The translations under genes were made by a program, and so were the position numbers. From positions 52,262 through 116,261 of the forward strand of contig JAYPQH010000037.1 in assembly GCA_038131935.1 (NCBI GenBank): a DNA stretch of 64,000 nt. Direction: 5' to 3'. Each line of letters begins with the position of its first letter. The stretch's first letter is position 1. Positions 1 through 8,511 of this stretch are shown one piece after another. This DNA comes from Alphaproteobacteria bacterium (GTDB lineage Bacteria > Pseudomonadota > Alphaproteobacteria > UBA8317). A model generated the notes under the pieces. That model made no database searches, was not told the DNA's origin, and saw nothing but the letters and a program-made list of their open reading frames with translations.

Positions 1-1
1 T

Positions 2-1474
2 TTGCATAGTTTATCATTACGGTTTCATCTCGATCGACAAACGGGAGGGCTGAGCCGGATTATTGAACGTGGAACGAAAGCAATTGAGTTTCTTCTTACA
101 TTCATGCTCTTCAATATTGTCCCCATGGCCATTGAATTGTTGTTGGTCTGCGCGGTTTTATGGTCACTTTATGATGTCTCTTTCGCAGTCGTGACCTTGT
201 TGGTGATTACAATTTATGTGGCATGGACACTGATTTTTACAGAATTTCGTATTAAGCTCCGCAAACGCATGAACCAGTCAGATCAGCAAGCGCATGGAAG
301 AGCTGTTGACTCCTTACTGAATTATGAGACCGTAAAATATTTTGGCAACGAACAGCATGAGAGTGATCGGTTTTCAGGGGCCATGAAGCGGTATGAGGAT
401 GCAGCTGTGCGATCACGCACATCGCTCTCTGTTTTGAATGTGGGACAAGGCTTCATCATTGCTGTTGGTTTAACTTTGGTAATGTATCTTGCCGCAAAGG
501 GCATCGACCAAGGTCATATGACCGCTGGTGACTTCGTCACGGTGAATGCTTATCTCATTCAACTCTATTTGCCTTTAGATTTTCTTGGTTTTGTCTACAG
601 AGAAATCAGGCAATCCCTGGTTGATATGGCTGATATGTTTGGTTTGTTTGGCCAACCTAAGGAGGTCGATGATATGCCAAACGCACCTCCATTGGTGAGA
701 AAAGGGGGCGAAGTTGTTTTTGACCATGTAGGTTTTTCGTATCAAGAAAATCGTCAAATCCTTCATGATGTAAGTTTCGTCGCAAGGCCTGGAGAGACTG
801 TGGCCATCGTAGGACCTTCAGGAGCAGGTAAGTCGACATTGTCCCGCTTGTTGTTTCGTTTTTTTGATGTGACATCTGGCGAAATCAGGATTGATGGACA
901 GAACATTTCCCACGTTCAGCAGCATTCATTACGCCAATCCATCGGGATTGTACCTCAAGATACCGTACTTTTTAATGATACGATTGGGTATAATATTGCG
1001 TATGGACATCCAGGGTCCTCTAAAGATGCGATTGTTGAGGCTGCGAAATTGGCCAGTATTCATCAATTTATCATGGAGTTACCAGATGGTTATGATACCA
1101 TGGTGGGTGAACGTGGATTGAAATTGTCTGGTGGTGAGAAACAGCGGGTTGCCATCGCAAGAACCCTTCTGAAAGCACCGGAGATATTTCTATTCGATGA
1201 AGCGACTTCTGCGTTAGACACACGAACAGAGCGCGCCATACAAGGCTCCTTGCGCACGCTCTCCGAGGGGAAAACAACTTTAATAATCGCACATCGCCTC
1301 TCCACAATTACCCATGCAGACCAGATCATTGTTTTGGACAAAGGCCGTGTTGTTGAACAGGGTCATCACGATGCTCTACTGGCTAAACAGGGGCTTTATG
1401 CGCAAATGTGGGAACAGCAAGCACGTGTGGATAATGATAGCCGTGAGCTGGTGTCCATAAGTCATCATCCATGA
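2..1474 (+). CDS. ATM1/HMT1-family ABC transporter, fused permease-ATPase (5' truncated by window edge)
   Basis: RQTGGLSRIIERGTK, DSLLNYETVKYF, Walker A GPSGAGKST, LSGGEKQRVAIAR, DEATSALD. Confidence 0.9.
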   Translation: MHSLSLRFHLDRQTGGLSRIIERGTKAIEFLLTFMLFNIVPMAIELLLVCAVLWSLYDVSFAVVTLLVITIYVAWTLIFTEFRIKLRKRMNQSDQQAHGRAVDSLLNYETVKYFGNEQHESDRFSGAMKRYEDAAVRSRTSLSVLNVGQGFIIAVGLTLVMYLAAKGIDQGHMTAGDFVTVNAYLIQLYLPLDFLGFVYREIRQSLVDMADMFGLFGQPKEVDDMPNAPPLVRKGGEVVFDHVGFSYQENRQILHDVSFVARPGETVAIVGPSGAGKSTLSRLLFRFFDVTSGEIRIDGQNISHVQQHSLRQSIGIVPQDTVLFNDTIGYNIAYGHPGSSKDAIVEAAKLASIHQFIMELPDGYDTMVGERGLKLSGGEKQRVAIARTLLKAPEIFLFDEATSALDTRTERAIQGSLRTLSEGKTTLIIAHRLSTITHADQIIVLDKGRVVEQGHHDALLAKQGLYAQMWEQQARVDNDSRELVSISHHP

Positions 1475-1500
1475 TCCTTAGCAAGGAGCTCCACAAGGCG

Positions 1501-1543
1501 CACAACTAGATTGTGGCTGAGAGCTGTCAAACCCCTTTGACGG
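1501..1543. terminator. Two short hairpins between convergent genes, possible terminator
   Basis: cacaa-ctaga-ttgtg (1501-1515) and ctgtcaaa-cccc-tttgacgg (1524-1543); no clear U-tract. Confidence 0.3.
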
Positions 1544-1614
1544 TGATGATAAATGATCAAATAGCGCAAAGAGGATGAGCAAAAGGACAAGGTATTTTGG
1601 TAAAAACCGCATCA

Positions 1615-2745
1615 CTATCGCTCCATTCCTAAGAAATACCGTAACTTGATACCTAAAGGGGTGCTAACAAAAGCGATCAAAAACCAGAGCCAACCATGTA
1701 TTGAGCCAGACGCAGTACCCCCCAAAAATGCACCTATATTGCATCCAAATGAGAGACGTGCCCCGTAGCCCATTAAAAGGCCGCCAACGATAGCGATCAG
1801 CATTTCACGAATGGGGAGTTGTGATGGTCCTACGGTTTTCTGGGCAAAAGCTGCATAGGCTGAGGCCCCAAGCAACATCCCTATATTCATGACCGAGCTG
1901 ACTTCTGTAAGCACAGAATGTTCAAGGGCTTGCTGTCCTTTCTGCCAAGTCCAAAAAGGAACTGTTGACAAGTCTACGCCCATGATTTGTGCAAATTTAG
2001 CACCCCATAATGTAAAGCCATAGGTGACTGACCATGGATGACCTGCGAGCAATAATGTGCATAGGTTGAGAATGATGAGGATAATGCCTGCTTCGGTCCA
2101 GCTCCATGAGCCTGTAAAGGGAAGGCGCTGAAAAGGTGAAGAAATCTGCCAAGATTTCGTTTCACGAAAGAATAGTAATCCACAGATTACAAAAACCCAT
2201 GTTGCCAAAAGTGCTAATGGCCAGCCCCACAGATTTGCCATGGCTACGGGCTGTGTTTTTGGTAAGGCCAACCAGAAACCCATATCAAGAGACGCCCAGA
2301 AGGCGCCTGCAATAAAGCCAATAAGGGCAAAGCTTGAGCGAATAGAGCCACCACCCAGTGCAAAAAGGGTTCCTGAGGCGCACCCATTAGCAAGCTGCAT
2401 CCCAATAGAAAATAGCACCGCCCCTACCAGCAAACTGACACCAACGGGGGCAATGGCACCTCTCAACTGATCAGGAAAATAGGCAATGAGTGGAATAAAC
2501 AAGGTCGCAGTGGCAGCTATGACCCATAATTGGGCCCGAATACCTGTACCATCACCCGTTTTGAAATAAAGTCGCCAAGAGCCAGCAAATCCAAATGAGC
2601 CTGCGAGCATGGCTGCTCCAAGTCCTGCACCAACCAGTAGCAGTATGGCTTGGCGTGCATGAACCTCAAAAAAAATGATCGTAAAAAGGAACAATAGGCC
2701 AGCAAGAGCTGGCCATCTTGTGTTTGGCAAAGCAAGACTTGTCAT
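1615..2745 (-). CDS. yeeE: YeeE/YedE-family sulfur-compound (thiosulfate-type) transporter
   Basis: Multi-TM protein with GMQLANGCASG and GARLSFGCNIG motifs; ATG at 2745 directly follows the rhodanese stop (longest ORF starts 2760). Confidence 0.88.
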   Translation of the reverse strand: MTSLALPNTRWPALAGLLFLFTIIFFEVHARQAILLLVGAGLGAAMLAGSFGFAGSWRLYFKTGDGTGIRAQLWVIAATATLFIPLIAYFPDQLRGAIAPVGVSLLVGAVLFSIGMQLANGCASGTLFALGGGSIRSSFALIGFIAGAFWASLDMGFWLALPKTQPVAMANLWGWPLALLATWVFVICGLLFFRETKSWQISSPFQRLPFTGSWSWTEAGIILIILNLCTLLLAGHPWSVTYGFTLWGAKFAQIMGVDLSTVPFWTWQKGQQALEHSVLTEVSSVMNIGMLLGASAYAAFAQKTVGPSQLPIREMLIAIVGGLLMGYGARLSFGCNIGAFLGGTASGSIHGWLWFLIAFVSTPLGIKLRYFLGMER

Positions 2746-2747
2746 GA

Positions 2748-3710
2748 TTATTGTAGCCACGCGCTCAAGAAGCTTTTTAGGTCATCAAATCGTGTGCGGT
2801 CTGATTCCATGGCCAATTTGGTATCTTTCGACCATGCCAACATAGATCCATCATATAACGATACCTGGGGAATTTCCAAAAGTTCATGAAGGACGAACCA
2901 GTTATTGGCAGCCCAGTGACCAGAGTTGCAATAACTTACCACCGGCTTGGTTATGTCCAGTTTGTTCTGGTTCTGTGTGCGTAATGTATCCAGTGGTAGA
3001 AAATATGCCGTACCAGGCTGAAATTGGCTGGCTTGATCAAACCAAATGGAATCTTTGATTCTTCCAAAACGGCTTGCCAAAGGATGCTTCTCTTTGCCAA
3101 GGAACTGGGCTTCGGGTCTCCCGTCGACCAAATTGGCTGTGTTTTTATCAAGTGCGGCGACCTGAGATGTTGTGGAAAGCAATTCAGGTCTTGGATTGGC
3201 CGTGAAAATAGTCGCATCCGCTTCTTGTGCCTGTGTTGATAAGGGCCGGTTTGCCTTTTCCCACGCATCAAAGCCACCATCAAGTAACGATACCTGATCA
3301 TGGCCTAGATATTTAAGGGTCCAATAAACTCTTGTGGCAGCACCAATATCCGTGGGGCTTTTGCCTTCAGAATAGATAACAACATGAGTTTGTTCATCAA
3401 TGCCAAGGCTGCCCATAAAAGCTTCTAATGCAGAAATATCTGGTAACATACCTGGAATATCATTTTGTTTGACACGCCATGATTTTGGATAAGGGGCGGC
3501 AATGGCACCGGGTATATGGCCTTCGCTATGAGGGACAATTTTTTTGCCGTCTTTTTCGATCAAGGACCTTATATCGACAAGCCGGATTTTTTTCATGACT
3601 TCTGGTGTGATGTCATTGACCTGTACCAGTGGTTTTAAAATGTTTGCATGACCAAAAGGTGCAGCAAAGAGAACAAGAATGAGAGAAAGGGAATATAAAA
3701 AAGGACGCAT
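2748..3710 (-). CDS. Two-domain rhodanese/sulfurtransferase with signal peptide
   Basis: HIPGA, LLDGG..AW, active-site YCNSGHWA, LYDGSMLAW; N-terminus MRPFLYSLSLILVLFAAPFGHA; GGAGGAG RBS before ATG 3710. Confidence 0.88.
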   Translation of the reverse strand: MRPFLYSLSLILVLFAAPFGHANILKPLVQVNDITPEVMKKIRLVDIRSLIEKDGKKIVPHSEGHIPGAIAAPYPKSWRVKQNDIPGMLPDISALEAFMGSLGIDEQTHVVIYSEGKSPTDIGAATRVYWTLKYLGHDQVSLLDGGFDAWEKANRPLSTQAQEADATIFTANPRPELLSTTSQVAALDKNTANLVDGRPEAQFLGKEKHPLASRFGRIKDSIWFDQASQFQPGTAYFLPLDTLRTQNQNKLDITKPVVSYCNSGHWAANNWFVLHELLEIPQVSLYDGSMLAWSKDTKLAMESDRTRFDDLKSFLSAWLQ

Positions 3711-3855
3711 ATCGGATCTCCTCCAAAAAACTCTCTCACACTTGCGCAACAGGAGATATTTATTCTACTTAATTGGAGTAAATTGGGATAAAAAAAGAAT
3801 AATTATACCTAATTTCTGATTTATAAAGCATATTTTTTTCCAATAAGGTCAGATA
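3711..3855. promoter_or_regulatory. AT-rich divergent promoter region with Lrp-like site
   Basis: AGATATTTATTCT at 3754-3766 resembles the Lrp AGA-(A/T)7-TCT pattern; lies between the rhodanese gene and the Lrp-family regulator. Confidence 0.4.
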
Positions 3856-4320
3856 ATGGACAAAATTGATCAAAAAATACTATCGCATTTGCAACGTGAT
3901 GCTGCCATTCCTATTGCGGATCTTGCTCGCGCCGTTGGGTTATCCACAACGCCTTGCTGGCGAAGGGTTCAAAAACTTGAAGCTGATGGTGTCATCAAGG
4001 CCAAGGTGGCGCTATTGGATGCGGACCAACTTGGCCTAGGTCTCACGGCGTTCATGGCTGTAACCACGAACCGTCACAACCGAGAGTGGTTAGACCATTT
4101 CGCGCATGTCGTTGTGGATTTTCCTGAAGTGGTTGAGTTCCATCGGTTGGCAGGAACTATTGATTATCTGTTGAAGGTCATGGTTCCCACCATGCAACAT
4201 TATGATGATTTTTATAAAAGATTGGTTGCCCGTGTTGAAATTTCGGAAGTAAGCAGCTGGTTTGCCATGGAGCGCATAAAAGAAACCACCATGCTTCCCC
4301 TCCATCACATACCTCAATGA
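3856..4320 (+). CDS. Lrp/AsnC-family regulator, DecR/CyuR-like
   Basis: MDKIDQKIL..LQ.DA, GLSTTPCWRRVQKLE, PEVVEFHRLAG, YDDFYKRL, FAMERIKETT. Confidence 0.9.
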   Translation: MDKIDQKILSHLQRDAAIPIADLARAVGLSTTPCWRRVQKLEADGVIKAKVALLDADQLGLGLTAFMAVTTNRHNREWLDHFAHVVVDFPEVVEFHRLAGTIDYLLKVMVPTMQHYDDFYKRLVARVEISEVSSWFAMERIKETTMLPLHHIPQ

Positions 4321-4447
4321 CAATGAAAAACATGATGTTTTGTGATATATTACGAATTCACACCCTGTGCATATAAAACCAACGTTTTGTGCAAGGGTTA
4401 TTGGGTGTGGTAAATTGATATTGTAAGGCTTCAAGGGGTTTAGAAAA

Positions 4448-4945
4448 ATGTTACGTTTCATAAGTTTAAGTGTAATGATGGCTATTTGTGCGGTGTCTGC
4501 TAGAGCGCAAGAAGATAGCTTGCAAAGATTTCACGTATTGGCACCACATCTGGCTCATGAATTGGTTGAAGCCACCCTACAAGCCTGTGAGGAAGATGGC
4601 TTTCAGGTAGCTGTTGCCGTTGTTGATCGCTTTGGTGTGCCTCAAGCTTTGTTGCGCAACAGGTTTGCGGGGCCTCATACCCCCAAAACGGCCATTCGCA
4701 AGGCTTACACAGCCATAAGCTTTCGCAGCAATACCTTAGATTTGATCGAGCCAACACAATCTGGTTCACCTCAGTCGGGTGCGCGTAACATTGATCATGT
4801 GCTCATGTTAGGGGGTGGTTTGGTGATTGAAGCAGCTGGTGAAATGCTTGGTGGTCTGGGTATCTCAGGAGCGCCTAGCGGAGAGGATGATGAGGCCTGT
4901 GGGCAAAAGGGATTGGATGCTATTGCGGATAAGTTGCCTTTTTAA
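4448..4945 (+). CDS. Exported GlcG/HbpS-family heme-binding protein
   Basis: Signal peptide ending ARA; VAVAVVDRFG, AIRKAYTA, GGG, GISGAPSGEDDEAC. Confidence 0.82.
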   Translation: MLRFISLSVMMAICAVSARAQEDSLQRFHVLAPHLAHELVEATLQACEEDGFQVAVAVVDRFGVPQALLRNRFAGPHTPKTAIRKAYTAISFRSNTLDLIEPTQSGSPQSGARNIDHVLMLGGGLVIEAAGEMLGGLGISGAPSGEDDEACGQKGLDAIADKLPF

Positions 4946-5019
4946 AAGAACGCGAAACCCTTGGAGATTTTGCCTATTTTCAGACGTTATCCACAGCAAT
5001 CACATGAGGTGGTCTTGAG

Positions 5020-5259
5020 TTGAACAACTTGGAATTAAGACAAGAGCCTGGGAAGTTGGTATTGAAGGACTTCTACACCCCTTGGGCTTACTGCTTGTAT
5101 CATGATGATGGTGGTATCGAATATGTTTTCGTAGCCCCACGTTTAAGAAGACGTGGTTTAGGGCGGCTTATGTTGCAAATTGTCCAGAGGATCACGTCAT
5201 CTTTAATCTACCCTGCAACACCTATGAGTGAGAAAGGCGAGGCTTTTTTCAGCATTTAG
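5020..5259 (+). CDS. Very small GNAT-like acetyltransferase
   Basis: IEYVFVAPRLRRRGLGRLML acetyl-CoA-binding motif A; GAGGTGG RBS before TTG. Confidence 0.55.
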   Translation: MNNLELRQEPGKLVLKDFYTPWAYCLYHDDGGIEYVFVAPRLRRRGLGRLMLQIVQRITSSLIYPATPMSEKGEAFFSI

Positions 5260-5358
5260 ATCTGATCAAGACACAGCATCCGGGGCGGTTACGCGATCAT
5301 ATGCACAAAGCGTACCTCTCTCCTCCTGTTGGTCTAGCCTGTCCTCAGGAGATGAAAA

Positions 5359-6642
5359 ATGGATGATCAAGGATTGACGACATTACTTTTGCTCAGCGTT
5401 GGGTTTTTTTTCTTGGGCTTTGCCACGGCATGGTTACGTCTATCGTCATACCGTAAACATGCAGAGAAAACACAAACCGAGCTTGCGGTATTGCAAGCAC
5501 GATTTGACGAGGTCAATCGAGGACATGCAGAACAATTGCGCAGTTTGGAAAATGTTCGAGGGCAGATCGAAAAAGACCTAAAGTTGGTTAATCAAGAGCT
5601 TCTTGAGCGCAATAGCGAAACTTTTTTGAAAAGAGCGCAAGATAGTCTTGCCCAGCGTGAGGCCCTGGCACGCGAACAGATGTCAGCTTTGGTGAAACCT
5701 ATTCATGAGGGATTAAAAGGATATCAGGAGCATTTGCATAAAATTGAGTCCACACGCCGCCGAGATGAGGGGGCACTTTATGAACATTTACAAATACTCG
5801 CGCGGTCTCAACAGGATCTTGGTCAGCAAACCTCAAAACTTGTGAATGCATTGAAATCAGCTCCCAAAACCCGAGGTCGTTGGGGTGAGCAGCAATTGAA
5901 AAATGTTATGGAAATTGCAGGTCTCAGTGAGCATGTTGATTTTGTTTTAGAAAAATCCTTTTCCTCTAATGATATAACCTTACGACCAGATGCGGTTATC
6001 CAGCTGCCTCAAGGTCGTCAGTTGGTTGTTGACGCCAAAACACCTATGGCGGCTTATCTTGAGGCGTTGGAAATCCTGGATGATGAGGAACGAGAAATCA
6101 AACTTCGTGATCATGCGCGTCAAGCAAGGGTGCATATGCAATCTTTGGCTTCAAAATCTTATTGGTCGCATATAAAGGGTGCTGCGGATTATGTGGTGAT
6201 GTTTATGCCCGGTGAAAACCTTTTTACCGCCGCGGTGGAACGTGATCCCGCTCTACTTGTTGATGGCATTGATCGGCGTGTCTTGATTACAACGCCTACC
6301 ACCTTTGTGGCCCTGGCACATGTGGTGGCTGCCAGTTGGCGTCAGGAGCGGCTAACCGACAACGCCATCCAAATGGGCAAATTAGGCCAAGACCTTTATG
6401 AGCGGATGTCTATTCTTGGTGAGAGGGTTGCAAAGCTTACCCAACATATGGATCGTGCGGTGAAGTCACATAACGAATTGGTGGCAACCTTAGAATCGAG
6501 GGTAATGCCACAAGCACGAAAATTTGTGGATATGGGTACGGTGACAAATTCAAGAGATATAGCCACTTTGGAAATGGTCGAAACAACGGCGCGCAAATTG
6601 CGAGAAGATCGTGACTTTGCACAAGATGAAACATCATCATAA
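5359..6642 (+). CDS. rmuC: DNA recombination protein RmuC
   Basis: N-terminal TM, coiled coil, RGRWGEQQL, RPDAVI.LP, VVDAKTP, MFMPGE, TPTT. Confidence 0.93.
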   Translation: MDDQGLTTLLLLSVGFFFLGFATAWLRLSSYRKHAEKTQTELAVLQARFDEVNRGHAEQLRSLENVRGQIEKDLKLVNQELLERNSETFLKRAQDSLAQREALAREQMSALVKPIHEGLKGYQEHLHKIESTRRRDEGALYEHLQILARSQQDLGQQTSKLVNALKSAPKTRGRWGEQQLKNVMEIAGLSEHVDFVLEKSFSSNDITLRPDAVIQLPQGRQLVVDAKTPMAAYLEALEILDDEEREIKLRDHARQARVHMQSLASKSYWSHIKGAADYVVMFMPGENLFTAAVERDPALLVDGIDRRVLITTPTTFVALAHVVAASWRQERLTDNAIQMGKLGQDLYERMSILGERVAKLTQHMDRAVKSHNELVATLESRVMPQARKFVDMGTVTNSRDIATLEMVETTARKLREDRDFAQDETSS

Positions 6643-6650
6643 CAGCGTGG

Positions 6651-8399
6651 TTATTGTTGCCAAAAGCTTGCGTTTAAGTCGAGCTGTTCGCTTCGACGTG
6701 ACTGAATCAACGTGCGTGTTTCCGAGACCATTTCTTGGGTTAAACCTATCGAGCGTAATGTCTCCTCTGACATCAATAAAGATGAGCCCAGCATGTCCGG
6801 GATAGCTGTGTCAGCACCTTGGTCTCGAAGTTTTTGCGCCTCATGTTCATCATGGGCACGCGAAATAATGGTGGCATGAGGTGCCATTTGGCGAATGATT
6901 TTGGTGACCGTAAACACGGCATAAGGATCATCTAAAGCCACCACAACCACCTGCCGTTTGTCCACATGAAGTTTGGCGAGAAAATCCTCTCGCTTAGCTT
7001 CTCCAAACAGGACATCAATACCAGCACGACGGGCTTCTCGAACATGGTTCATGTGATTATCAACAGCAATATATGTAATGGCTTGTGCACTGAGGGCTTC
7101 GGCAATCGTGGTTCCTACCCGACCAATACCAAGCAATAAAACGTCTGCAATGTCTTCTTCGTCTTGGGCAGGCGTGGTGACATGCAAAGCGTTTTCTTTA
7201 GCCTCTGTGCGTTTGGCCAATTTTGCTCCCCAGGAGGCAAGAAAAGGATGTGTCATCATTGAAATGAGGACGACTGATACAAGTATTTGTTTGGTCGCAT
7301 CATCAATCAAATTGGTTTGGGTGGCTGTAGCGAGTAAGATAAAGGCAAATTCTCCTGCAGGTGCAAGCAGCAACGCTGCTTCAATAGAAGCGGAACGGGT
7401 TTGCCGGAAAAATGTCATCAAAGCCATGATCACTGTAGATTTTATCAAAAGAACAAGAATGATGAGGCCTATAATTTGGGGCAATTGCCAAAGTATGCCA
7501 TCTAAAGGCAGTAGCATGCCTGTGGATAAGAAAAATAACCCCAATAACAAGCTTTTAAATGGTTCAATGTCAGCTTCAATTTGATAACGGCTAGAGGTGT
7601 TTGCAAAAACAAGACCCGCCAATAAGGCGCCAAGCGATGAGGAAAGTCCTGCCAACTCGGCACCAGCAGACATGACAAACATGACCAGTAAAATGATGGC
7701 CATGAAGCCTGCTCTCCCCGTGAAGCGAGAATGCACCAGGATAGGTCTTACCACCACACGCCCGATCCCATACATAGCCAACATGATCAAAATAGCCTGC
7801 AAAACACCAAAGCCCAAAGAATTGATATCTAGGGCGCCAGCTTCGGTATTTCCCAAGCTCACAACTACAAATAAAAGCGGAATTACGGCCAAATCTTGAG
7901 CCAACAATATGCCAAAGCTAGCGCGGCCTAAAGGTTCCCCCATTCGTTTGGTTTCACCAAGCCGGTGCATCACCATAGCTGTTGAACTTAAAGACATGCA
8001 TATTCCAAACAAAAGCGCTTGCTCTGGGGGGAATTGAAGCGCCATCATGGCCATTGCAAGGATAAGTATGGTGGCAATTATTTGTAACCCCCCAACACCA
8101 GCAATGAGCCGCCTCATGGTAAAAAGACGAGAAGGCGAGAGTTCTAAGCCAATGGTAAACATCAAAAAGATCACCCCTAAGTCACCTAAAAGCGCGATAT
8201 CTTCGTCATTGGTAAGCAAAAAAGGATGAAGCTCTGGGATTTGACCAAGAATGTCAGGGCCAATAAGGATGCCAATGATGAGGAAGGTTAGAATTTCGTC
8301 AAGACCCAGGCGCTTTGCCAGTGGCACCAACAAGCCCGCCATTCCGAGGTAAACAATAGGCTCACTTAAAACGACCGCACCTAGGTTGCTTCCAGCCAT
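6651..8399 (-). CDS. kefC: CPA2 monovalent cation:proton antiporter with TrkA-N domain (KefB/KefC-like)
   Basis: LMFTIGLEL, LSSTA, GILLAQDLAVIP, EADIEPFKSLLLGLFF, C-terminal GIGRVG. Confidence 0.88.
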   Translation of the reverse strand: MAGSNLGAVVLSEPIVYLGMAGLLVPLAKRLGLDEILTFLIIGILIGPDILGQIPELHPFLLTNDEDIALLGDLGVIFLMFTIGLELSPSRLFTMRRLIAGVGGLQIIATILILAMAMMALQFPPEQALLFGICMSLSSTAMVMHRLGETKRMGEPLGRASFGILLAQDLAVIPLLFVVVSLGNTEAGALDINSLGFGVLQAILIMLAMYGIGRVVVRPILVHSRFTGRAGFMAIILLVMFVMSAGAELAGLSSSLGALLAGLVFANTSSRYQIEADIEPFKSLLLGLFFLSTGMLLPLDGILWQLPQIIGLIILVLLIKSTVIMALMTFFRQTRSASIEAALLLAPAGEFAFILLATATQTNLIDDATKQILVSVVLISMMTHPFLASWGAKLAKRTEAKENALHVTTPAQDEEDIADVLLLGIGRVGTTIAEALSAQAITYIAVDNHMNHVREARRAGIDVLFGEAKREDFLAKLHVDKRQVVVVALDDPYAVFTVTKIIRQMAPHATIISRAHDEHEAQKLRDQGADTAIPDMLGSSLLMSEETLRSIGLTQEMVSETRTLIQSRRSEQLDLNASFWQQ

Positions 8400-8511
8400 T
8401 CATCCCATCCAATTCCATATCATCACCACCCACATACCCAAACCGACTCACATTTGCTATGGTCTTTGCCAAAATATGTTCGTGCATGATGATAAAGAGG
8501 CTTGGTAATCG

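Noticed and set aside
4987-4995. Perfect DnaA box TTATCCACA, with reverse copies at 1426-1434, 7521-7529 and 44037-44045
   Set aside because: The copies are kilobases apart and three lie inside CDSs; there is no cluster, AT-rich unwinding element or origin-linked gene, so no oriC call
7078-7899. Long antisense ORFs (also 30741-31241, 40548-40964, 44690-45124, 48867-49298)
   Set aside because: They mirror well-supported genes on the opposite strand and have no recognisable motifs
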